Shown here piece after piece: positions 20,569 through 30,537 of a stretch of 64,000 nucleotides of DNA (position 1 is the first letter of the stretch; every line of letters starts with the position of its first letter). The notes beneath the pieces are model-generated. The model was not told the origin of the DNA, made no database searches, and saw nothing but the letters and a program-made list of their open reading frames with translations. Location: positions 1 through 64,000 of the forward strand of contig JAANOX010000242.1 of the NCBI GenBank assembly GCA_020184695.1, written 5' to 3'. This DNA is from Histomonas meleagridis 2922-C6/04-290x (taxonomy: Eukaryota; Protista; Parabasalia). The position numbers were made by a program, and so were the translations under genes.

Positions 20569-22386
20569 ATGAGTGGAGAGTTTCCTGACACAATCAAAGG
20601 AGAACTTATTAAGGGATTTGATGCAAAAGATGATGGCAATTATGAGTTGGCTCTTGAAGCTTTCACAAATGTGATTAATTCATCAGATTTACCAGCATCT
20701 CGAAAGCCACAAATATTATCAATCCGTTCATCACTATATGCTGACATGGGTATGAACTATAATTCATATTGTGATGCATGCCAAGGCCTCGAACTTGATC
20801 CTCAAGAACTTCAATGCTTATCATGGAAAAGCAAAATTCTTGAGAACTGTGGAAACCTTGATGAGTCCAAAGATGTTCTTTTAGAGCTTTCCCAAATATC
20901 ATCTGAAAAACAAATTCTTTATCTAATTAAAAGAATTGATTATAAGAAGAACCTCCTTACTAATTGTCCACCTCTTGACTGCGAGAAACTTATCAATCGA
21001 GATATTGAACTACAATCCATGAAACTTGAAGATGTCAAATCATTTATGTTAGATGAAACAGAAGGCATCAAATGTAACCCAAAAAAGATTCTTGAAATCA
21101 TCAATGGAGCCATTGTTAATATTGGTACCGAAACCAAAATTGCCAAAATAAATACACCAAAAATCAATATCGTTGGTGGAATCGAAGGAAAAGTTGGACA
21201 CTTAACAAAGATATTTGAACAAAACGGATGGCCAAGCTCAGAAAACAAATATCTTTTTAATGGAAACATCATTGGTCAAAATTCCAATTCTCTTCCACTT
21301 GTTATATCTCTTCTACTTTTTAAGTTTATTGAAAAAGATTGTATTTTCTTCAACCAAGGGGCATAGTATATTTTTTTTCTAACGCCCAGTGAATCACCTA
21401 ACATGAGAAAAATATTTGGATTTAGATCAGCTGCATTAGGATGGTATGGACAAGAAGTAGCAGATGCTCTTGACAAAGCGATTGATTCTTTCCCATTCTG
21501 TACGATTGTGAATGATAAATATTTTGTTATTAATGGTGGAATCCCTGTATCAAATGATATTAATGTTGTTGCATCACCTGAATCATATTGGGGAGAAACG
21601 TCGAATACTTTGGGAATTCAAAGAAAAGCGCCTGTTTCTTATTATACGTTTGGTCCAGATGTTGTTAATGATTTCCTTTCTGCCAACAAATTCGAACTTT
21701 TGATAAGGTCTGGTCAAAAGAAAGCCGATGGTTTTCAATACGAGTACGATGGGAAAGTATTGAATATTTCAAGCGGCCGCGGGGGTACCCGAGTCCACAA
21801 AAGTGGAGTAGCGGTTATCACTGGTGATGGGGTTACCCCTAATTCCTATGACCTCAACCCAAGGTTTCCGATAACTGTTCATGCTGAAACTGATTCACCA
21901 GGACTAACTGGAATATTTTATAAGTTACGCCACGATTTCGACATTGAAAATCCAATGGATCTTAATCTATTTTATGTAAAATCTTCATCGCCAATTGAAG
22001 ATATACCACCAGTCGAAACAGTTGTTTCATCTACTTATAGCTTTGGTTTTATGACATATCCAACACCTGGAAATTCGCACATTGCATTTATCTTTAAAGG
22101 ATTAATCACAGTCGAAGCTTATACAATTGAAAGCGCACCACTAAACAAAGGAAATGACCACATGAAAACATGGAAGTTGTTGGGTACAAATGACGGGAAA
22201 ACATTGGAAGTAATCGATGAGCGATCAAATGTCAACGAGTTAAACGGACCACTGGCCACAGCAACATTCAAAGTGAAGGACCCTAAGCCGTATAAGATGT
22301 TGATCCTTCTACAACACGAGAAGAACCACAGAGGGAACTGGAACTTATGCTTAAATCACATTGACTTCTTTGGAACACTTCAGTAA
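20569..22386 (+). CDS. TPR plus degenerate PPP (PP5-like) phosphatase plus F5/8-type domain; two exons (20569-21365, 21390-22386)
   Basis: N-terminal TPR helices, a PPP scaffold with degenerate motifs and a C-terminal WKLLGTNDG...HIDFFG domain. The spliced length is 1794 nt (598 codons). Confidence 0.8.
21366..21389 (+). other. Canonical 24-nt spliceosomal intron
   Basis: GTATATTTTTTTTCTAACGCCCAG has GT...AG ends and CTAAC four nt before the AG. Removing it deletes the TAG stop and gives NQGAYES at the RGNHE position. Confidence 0.9.
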
Positions 22387-22974
22387 ATGGTTCAATTAGT
22401 GAAACATTTGAAATTTTACATTTGATGTTTCGATAAAATAAGGAGACATTTTATTGAGGAAATTAACCTCCAAATGGTTGCTGTTGGATCTTATATGCAC
22501 TGAGAAAAGTTGAAATTATCAATTTGGCATATCAAAAAAACTTGAATCTAGATAATGATTTTAACATAATTTATTTGAATAAGTTAATGCTTATGATTTT
22601 TCTTGTCAGTGGTTAAAAAATTTTTATTTGGTATTGCAAAAAACTTATTTTGCTTCAAAAAAATAAATATAAACTTACGAGTTCCCAAAACATATTGACC
22701 CAACAAATTTATAGGTACATCTGATTTAATGCAATAGATCGAATCATTAACTGAGGAATTTATATATTTTACAATGAAATTAAAAATTCATATGAATACA
22801 AATGAAAGTTATTGATCATGGTAGAAAAACATGAAAAAGATAATATTTTTTGTTAATTATTTAAATGTGTTGCTATAAGTGTATACAGACACTATAGATA
22901 AATTTATCTTAGAAATGTGTGTAAATTCAGTATATATATATATATATATATCATGAATATTATAATTAATTTGC

Positions 22975-23470
22975 CGGCTGTTTCGATACCTAATGAAAGT
23001 GGTGTAACATCTAACAATAAAATATCTTTCCATGTGTCTGAGGCATCGCCTTTGATAATTGATGCTTGTACTGCTGCGCCATGTGCAACTGCTTCATCCG
23101 GATCAACGCCACGGCAAGGCTGAAGCATTCATAATTGTTGAAAGCGTGATGAACCTCCGACGAAAACTATATCAGATCTCTGACTTGGATGTTCGCACCA
23201 CTTAATACTTGTGCAACTGGAGTCTTTGTCGATATGAAGAATTCATCATTTAAGTTCTCGAGCATTGCACGCGAAATGTTGTTCATAAAGTTGTGGCCTT
23301 CATTAAATCACAAACAAGAGATGTGGATGTGGATAATGTTCGGATAGAACGTAATGCACATGGCGATCGTCTTAAGTCGCATTTGAACTTCTTTTGAAAA
23401 CGATCCAAAGTTAATTAATGATTAATTATCAAAGTATTCACCACAAAGATGCACATAACCTACTGAAATC
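22975..23470 (-). pseudogene. HSP70 (BiP-like) pseudogene fragment
   Basis: Frameshifted remnants HLCGEYFD, ISRAM, IVFVGGSSR and an intact [16 protein letters not shown]...[16 protein letters not shown] that ends next to a (TA)n tract. Confidence 0.85.
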
Positions 23471-23774
23471 CTAAATCGCAACTTCTTTTCTTCTAACACA
23501 TTTTTATTAAAGAATCTTATGTACTTAAGTGGTGTTCTCACAACAAACAAAGCTGTTTCGCCTTTTGTTGTACTTACTCGATCTAAAACAATCTAATTCT
23601 CCAAACAGCTTGATACTTGATAGAATATTTCATTATCGGATAAGATGAGAAATTGTAACCTGTAGCCTTGAACATCATCAGAACTGACTCGATGTAGATC
23701 ACAATTTGCTCTTTGAACCATTTTGCGAAAACGCAATAAACCCTAGCTGGTTCGAAAATAGTTCAAAGATCTTC

Positions 23775-24030
23775 TTAATACGAATTTACAAATTTAATTT
23801 TGGATAAATTATAACCTTTTTTAATTATTTTGACTTTATTTGTAGTAACGACTTTATCAAGGTAACATCAAGTTTCTTATCTTCACCATTAAGTGATTGA
23901 TAATTTTTTGTTCGAAATATTTCGTGGTGGGATCACAGTCTTCATCATATGATGTTTTTACTTTCCATGCGCAAAGAAAGATATGATGATTGTACACTGA
24001 ATCCAGTAATAAAGATAGGATAGAACCTAA
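23775..24030 (-). pseudogene. Decayed F5/8-type domain fragment
   Basis: Reverse-strand pieces AWKVKTSYD, KNYQSLNGED and GYNLSKIKF in shifting frames resemble the intact F5/8-type C-termini at about 4400-4750 and 22000-22386. Confidence 0.4.
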
Positions 24031-24087
24031 TTAGAAAAGTTTACTGTATCGTTCTTATTGAACAAGCAGTTGAGATGGAATAACCGA

Positions 24088-24093
24088 TCATTT
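24088..24093 (+). promoter_or_regulatory. Initiator (Inr) motif TCATTT
   Basis: Six nt upstream of ATG 24100. Similar TCA(T/C)TT motifs lie before H2A (7982) and the proteasome gene (32125), matching the known trichomonad Inr. Confidence 0.55.
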
Positions 24094-24099
24094 TTACTT

Positions 24100-26528
24100 A
24101 TGAATTTGGATCCAAAGGGACATTGCAACTGGGAAACACTTCTGTCAATAAATCAAGCAATTTTTGGTTTGAATGAAGAAAATTTCTCTAGAACTTTAGC
24201 TTTAATAATCAATAATTTTGATGAAAATCATCCTTTTTCTTATGAATTAATTATTATTCAAATAATTTATTATTCCTTTGTAATTAAAAATAATAATGCA
24301 GATTTATTTTTGAATATCATAAAAGATATAAGAGAATTTGAAGAGAGTAATAAAATCAAATCCAATATATTTGAAATATTTGGGCGGTTTCTTAATAATG
24401 ATCATACAAATGAATCATATTATCTTCTTGAAGCTATGATTGAACATAATTTTCTTGAACCGAACATTGTAAAAAACAACCAGAGTGCTTATTTTGCGCA
24501 TTATATGTCTAAAGATAAATTAGCAAACTATTTCAGGGAACATGATTCTGTAAATTATGAAGAACTATCAAAGAATGATTGGGAATTACATAAGAAATTA
24601 ATTAAAGAAGGACATAATCCAAACGAAATTTCGAAAATTATTCGAAATGATGAAATCGAAAAACTTCAAGAAATATCATCACAAACAAATTTTGATTTTA
24701 ATCAAAAAATTAAACCATCAGTTTATGAAAGATGTTCATTTATTAATAAATATAATGTTACATTAATTGATTATGCAGCATTCTTTGGATCAGTAAAATG
24801 TTTCAAATATTTACTTATGAACAATGCAAAAGTAGAAAATACAGGTAAATATGCAATTGTAAGTGGAAATGAAGAAATTATTCATTTATGTGAACAAAAT
24901 CATTCATCATTTGATAAAGCATATGAAACATCTATTATGTTTTATAAAAATGATATCTTTAAATATCTTTATTATAATAAATTAAAAGAAATTAATGGTT
25001 TAAAAAGATTAGGAAATCTCTGTATTTTATATCATAACTATGAAATATTCTCATTTTTACTTAATGAAGGAATGGAAATCAATAATGATATTATTAATGA
25101 AGCAGTAATTATTGGAAATATTTTTTTAGTTGAATATTTTCTTAAAAACCATTCAATTCCGCATGATATATTGGTATATTCATCTGGATCAGGAAATATT
25201 GAACTTGTTGAATACGTTTTAAAACAAAAAGGAATTGATATTAATGCTAAAGATAATATTTACTTATATAATTTATTATTTCATAATAATATTTGGAAAT
25301 TATTTAAATTATTTAATACAGCACTTATATTAGCATCTTCAAATGGTCATACAGAAATAGTTAAATTACTTCTTGAACAAAAAGGAATTGATATTAATGC
25401 TAAAGATAATATTTACTTATATAATTTATTATTTCATAATAATATTTGGAAATTATTTAAATTATTTAGAACAGCACTTATGTGGGCATCTAAAGAAGGT
25501 CATATAGAAATAGTTAAATTACTTCTTGAACAAGAAGGAATTGATGTTAATGCTAAAGATATTTATTTGTTTTATTTAATATTTATTTTAATAATTTGGG
25601 ATTTCAAAATAATATTTGGAAATTATTTAAATTATTTAAAACAGCACTTATTTTAGCATCTTGGAAAGGTCATACAGAAATAGTTAAATTACTTCTTGAA
25701 CAAGAAGGAATTGATGTTAATGCTAAAGATATTTATTTGTTTTATTTAATATTTATTTTAATAATTTGGGATTTCAAAATAATATTTGGAAATTATTTAA
25801 ATTATTTAAAACAGCACTTATTTTAGCATCTTGGAAAGGTCATACAGAAACAGTTAAATTACTTCTTGAACAAGAAGGAATTGATGTTAATGCTAAAGAT
25901 ATTTATTTGTTTTATTTAATATTTATTTTAATAATTTGGGATTTCAAAATAATATTTGGAAATTATTTAAATTATTTAAAACAGCACTTATTTGGGCATC
26001 TTCAAATGGTCATACAGAAATAGTTAAATTACTTCTTGAACAAGAAGGAATTGATATTAATGCTAAAAATATATATATTTATTTTAATAATTTAATATTT
26101 CAAAATAATATTTGGAAATTATTTAAATTATTTTGGACAGCACTTATTTTAGCATCTTGGAAAGGTCATACAGAAACAGTTAAATTACTTCTTGAACAAG
26201 AAGGAATTGATGTTAATGCTAAAGATATTTATTTGTTTTATTTAATATTTATTTTAATAATTTGGGATTTCAAAATAATATTTGGAAATTATTTATATTA
26301 TTTCAAACAGCACTTATGTTAGCATCTGAAAATGGTTATATAGAAATAGTTAAATTACTTCTTGAACAAAAAGGAATTGATATTAATGCTAAAGATAATA
26401 TTTACTTATATAATTTATTATTTCATAATAATATTTGGAAATTATTTAAATTATTTAGAACAGCACTTATTTGGGCATCTTCAAATGGTCATACAGAAAT
26501 AGTTAAATTACTTCTTGAACAAGAATAA
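24100..26528 (+). CDS. DUF3447-type ankyrin-repeat protein with eight C-terminal ankyrin cassettes separated by non-canonical inserts
   Basis: N-terminal IRNDEIEKL...LIDYAAFFGSVKCFKYLL typical of trichomonad DUF3447-ankyrin genes, then eight TALxxASxxGHxEIVKLLLEQ.GIDxNAKD units. Removing the 479 nt of inserts gives a 650-codon ORF ending at TAA 26526-26528. Confidence 0.75.
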
Positions 26529-26548
26529 ATTGATATTAATGCTAAAAA
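25258..26548 (+). repeat. Tandem array of 102-nt ankyrin cassettes plus 51/54/68-nt AT-rich spacers
   Basis: Thr codons of the TAL motif at 25318, 25471, 25641, 25811, 25981, 26137, 26307 and 26460 give periods of 153, 170, 170, 170, 156, 170 and 153 nt. Confidence 0.95.
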
Positions 26549-28045
26549 TATTTTATAAAATATTGAAACCATTAATTATTCATAAAAGTTAACATTAACT
26601 ATATAATGGTTTCTTATTCTAACGAGCATTTGTTAACCTTATCTATTTAATGTCACGCACTCCAATTTTTATGTACCAGTAAACCGAAATCTTTTTAGGG
26701 TAAGGGGCAAGAGCACACGGTGTTTGTCAATGTAGAGAAAATCCATAAGACTCGCATTTCCTGATAAAATTTATTCATGCTCTAAATTTATACAGAATAA
26801 TAAAAATTTTTTTTCTTTTTACATGAAAATTTTTTTGTTATTCCATCTTTATATGAAAATATTTATGTTTTATTTCAAATATATAATTTGAAAAAATATA
26901 ACAAATAAAAACATTCGTCAGATTAACAACATAGTTATAACATTGTAAAAAAAGATATTTTATCAAAAACTCGAAAAGATAAATGTACTTGTTGCTCCTT
27001 ATACGAAAACTAGTAATTACTATTATCAAAATGTTACAGGAATTTTATTAATCTTAGCTTTACTACTCTATATATGAACGATAGCGGACCAAGCGGAAAG
27101 CCAGAAGAAAAACAAAAGGAACCCAATAAAGTCATTACTACAACAGATTCTTTGGTAGAAGAACCTAATTGTCAAAATGCTTATATGAAATTACTTTTGA
27201 CAATTGAACAATTATAGTTATATTTAACAGAAAAGAATTTAGAATCATCAGTTCAACAAACAATGAAATTATTTGATTCAAATTTTCCATATACATTTAT
27301 TTTTAACATATGCAAATTGGATCTCAAGAAGCATTTTGTTTAATTGATAAAATGATAGAACAAAATTTCATTTCAAACACCTGCACACACACATCATTCA
27401 AGCAGAATGTTATTTTTAAAAAATCGTTTTCTCTGACAATGATAGGTGTAAAGTAGTCAATTTTGCGTTTTTTAGCCTTGGAACAAAACCATTTATTATC
27501 TTTAAGGAAAGTTTTTCCTTAAATGGGATTTGAAAATAACATATGATTAATCATATGATGAACATGTGTTCATGAAATTACAAGAAATTTTTGTATGCCT
27601 TTCTCAAACAGGAATTTATAGATATCATATAACATATACATGTACATTCGGTGGCCAAAACAAAGCAACAAAGCGTCAATCACCCAAATGTGATTGTGGT
27701 GCATTTTTAAAATTTTTATAATTTAAAAATTCAGAAAATGAATATTCTTAAGAACTCATTCAAAAGTAGCACTTTTGTATTTCTGAGGGAATTTTGATAT
27801 GAAAAATGATTGTTGGCAGGGCAAGAGATTTTGAAAATGGCAATCATGCCCCCGGTTGAAAGACACAAACCTGTTATGGAAAAGAAATCATGGTCTATTG
27901 TTATTTCAACAGTTTTGGTGATCTTAAAAGTGACATTTTCTTGTTCCAATTTTTGTGAGGATTTTGACAACCAAGCTACAGAAAAATCGATCGTTATTTA
28001 TTTGATCTTTGAATGCAGTGGTCATTGAACTCTTCACCTTTATAA

Positions 28046-28504
28046 ATGAGGCTCTACGAATCACCAGTTAACCATGATGAAATGATCAATGATGCCTATC
28101 CATCAAAGCCAAACGAAGAAGCTGGATGCTTAGTTTTTGAATCTCGTTACATCGACAAACTTGCTGATGAAGAAGATCCAAACTCAAAATACCAAGTTAT
28201 TGATATTGTAGAAAACTTCAACCTTCAACCATATGACATGAAGAAGGCTGCATTCATGGGTTGGGCTAAGCAATTCATGCCAATGCGTAAGAAGCAACTT
28301 GAACAATCAAACCCAGGAGCTGTTGACACATTCATGGCAAACGCTAAGAAATTTGTTTCTTTCATTGCCAAACATTTTGCAGATTTCGAAGTTTACATGG
28401 GTCAATCTGGTGATCCTGATGACTACTTAATGTTTGCCAGAGAAGAGGAAGGTAAGATGGTCTTCTACTTCCTCGAATTGGCATGTGACAACTTCAAATG
28501 CTAA
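28046..28504 (+). CDS. TPT1: Translationally controlled tumour protein (TCTP)
   Basis: MRLYESPVNHDEMINDAYP, VIDIVENFNLQ and C-terminal FEVYMGQSGDPD...MVFYF. Confidence 0.9.
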   Translation: MRLYESPVNHDEMINDAYPSKPNEEAGCLVFESRYIDKLADEEDPNSKYQVIDIVENFNLQPYDMKKAAFMGWAKQFMPMRKKQLEQSNPGAVDTFMANAKKFVSFIAKHFADFEVYMGQSGDPDDYLMFAREEEGKMVFYFLELACDNFKC

Positions 28505-28741
28505 AATCTTTCTCAAATATGTTTTTGATTTTACTTTTATTTAAAGTTATCAGCGATTTATTTTATCTTGGACAAAATTAATTTTTTATGTACCAGAAGT
28601 AATAAGTTTATAATGTCTGATCAGATCAATTAATTAATCAAGTTTTAAGTTTAATATGGAGAAAGCATAAATATTTCATTTCTCCGATGCCGAAAAAATT
28701 TTTTATAGGTAGAGAGTTGATATTTACTAGTAAGTATAAGT

Positions 28742-29038
28742 TTATACTGCATATTGTGGTGGTGGAGCCTGATAAACAGGTGGTATGCTTTGGTTCTGTT
28801 GAGTGGTTGGATATGGAGCATAACCAGTATTTGGTGGAGGAGAGTATTGTATATATTCTTGTTTTCCATTTTTACTTGAAGAAGATGAACTTGATCTTTC
28901 CTCCTGCTGCTTCGCTGCGCAGTAGCATAAAACAATTACTACAATAATTGTGATTATAATACCCACAGCAATAATAATGCCAACAATCAGAAAAACAAGT
29001 TTTATTGTTGTAAATACTTGCTCAGCAACTGAACTCAT
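28742..29038 (-). CDS. Small single-pass membrane protein with Pro/Tyr-rich tail
   Basis: Hydrophobic LVFLIVGIIIAVGIIITIIVVIVLCYC helix, then PPPNTGY...APPPQY (PPxY-like). ATG 29038 is preferred. Confidence 0.65.
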   Translation of the reverse strand: MSSVAEQVFTTIKLVFLIVGIIIAVGIIITIIVVIVLCYCAAKQQEERSSSSSSSKNGKQEYIQYSPPPNTGYAPYPTTQQNQSIPPVYQAPPPQYAV

Positions 29039-29660
29039 GTCAAGCGTTTCAGTTGGTGTACGTGAACTAGTTATTGAAAAAAAGAAGAAGGCAAACATAA
29101 ATTTTTTTACGCAAATTGAAATCAACTGTCATGTTTTAGTGGTTTATTTGAATGTGCAACCAGTCAACTCTTTCAATTAGGTGTTGAAAACCTCAGAAAT
29201 AACAAAATTTTGTTCTTAGTTTGTCTTAAACGAAATTTCAAAAGGTTACACAAAAAACGGTGATTCCCTCTTTCTTGTGGTTTAGCCCACATTTACAACC
29301 TACCAGGGCAATACTACCATCTAATACATTGTACCTTTTTATTCTTTATAAAGCTTGAATCAAAAAGTTTTCTGTAATCACTTTTATTTTTGATTTTAGA
29401 TCGTTTTCCAATTTAATAAGTAAATTGCTATTTCCAGTGGATCTAGTGGGATTCCTTTAAATTTACACCTTTGGTTTTGAATAAATTTCCAAATTTTATT
29501 TTCACCAAATTAGTTTCTGAACAAGATGAAAAGTGTGTGCGTCTCTTTATTTTTTTCCAATCCTATTAATAGGAGAAATAAACTTATTTCTGTGATAATC
29601 ATTCTTTCATGATTTTTGAAACATGTGAATTGAAATAAAGACTTTTATAAAAGTATTAAA

Positions 29661-30395
29661 ATGTCAGGCGTGTTTCAACTCATTAAAAATGGTGCAAAAA
29701 TTGGAATGCAACTCATTAAGGAGAAAACAGGAGCAGCAAAAACATGGGATGATCCAGAGTTTGAAAATGCTATTAAAAAATTAAAAATCTTACAAGAAAG
29801 ATTTGATAAATTCAAGGATTACACGCACACGATAGTCAAAACCCTTCAGGGTATTTGCTATATCACAGAAGATATGACAAAATCTTTTGATAATGTTGAT
29901 AAACTTAGTGGATGTCAATCTTCAAAGATTGTCGCATCACATCAAACATTTTTTACTGATCTTAAAAAGCTAACTGAAGATTATTTTGTTGGTTCAGGGC
30001 AAGAAAAAATTTTAGACAGTATTAAAGAAATCTCAAATCGACTGGATAAACTTTCAGAATTAAAGGATGCTCAAAGACAGTCACAGCTCCTCTGTTATTC
30101 GTACCGTGACAAACTTGCCAATAAAGTTAGAGCTAATTCGCCAGAGGAAGAAATCCAAAAATATCAAATGAAATATGATGAATATTCGAAAATAATGGAT
30201 AGACAAACGGAATCTTTCAAGAGTGAAATGAACGTACTTTGGGATCAACGATTTATACTTATGGAGCAACCCATGGATAAATTTGTTGAAGTCATATTTT
30301 CATTTTGCTTCAAGATTTATGGAGACCTGAACACTTTCCAAGGAGAATTTACTACAGAAGAACTCTATAAACAGTTTGAGCCTGAAGGCTTATGA
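29661..30395 (+). CDS. BAR-domain-like coiled-coil protein
   Basis: KEKTGAAKTWDDPEFENA N-terminus and about 240 aa of helical, amphiphysin-like pattern. Confidence 0.6.
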   Translation: MSGVFQLIKNGAKIGMQLIKEKTGAAKTWDDPEFENAIKKLKILQERFDKFKDYTHTIVKTLQGICYITEDMTKSFDNVDKLSGCQSSKIVASHQTFFTDLKKLTEDYFVGSGQEKILDSIKEISNRLDKLSELKDAQRQSQLLCYSYRDKLANKVRANSPEEEIQKYQMKYDEYSKIMDRQTESFKSEMNVLWDQRFILMEQPMDKFVEVIFSFCFKIYGDLNTFQGEFTTEELYKQFEPEGL

Positions 30396-30537
30396 TTTGA
30401 AAAATTTATGTAAATAAATGTTTGATGACTTTCTAATTTAATTAAAACTGTTTCAAAGTATTTTTCTTGAGTTTTATTAACTTAATTTGATATTGGAAAA
30501 TTAATGTATGAAAATATGTTTATTGAATAAATATTAC

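Noticed and set aside
25596-26322. Separate small genes 'MGFQNNIWKLF...' in the ORF track
   Set aside because: They start at TTG inside the inserts and are just successive frames of the interrupted ankyrin array.
25258-26450. U12-type AT-AC introns
   Set aside because: The inserts start with AT but lack the ATATCCTT 5' consensus, the TCCTTAAC branch site and an in-frame AC end.
19006-26450. Insert lengths as multiples of 17 (17, 51, 68)
   Set aside because: The 52- and 54-nt inserts break the pattern, and the 3' edges are estimates.
25258-26548. CRISPR-like repeat-spacer array
   Set aside because: The 'repeats' are ankyrin-coding cassettes and the 'spacers' recur as three near-identical types.
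26650-26760. Possible ncRNA in a GC-richer intergenic patch
   Set aside because: No snRNA, snoRNA, tRNA or 5S motif could be recognised by eye. An Infernal/Rfam scan would be needed.
27075-28028. Short ORFs upstream of TCTP (about 27075-27215, 27731-27970, 27810-28028)
   Set aside because: No recognisable domain and overlapping on opposite strands. Possibly relics, but not supportable.
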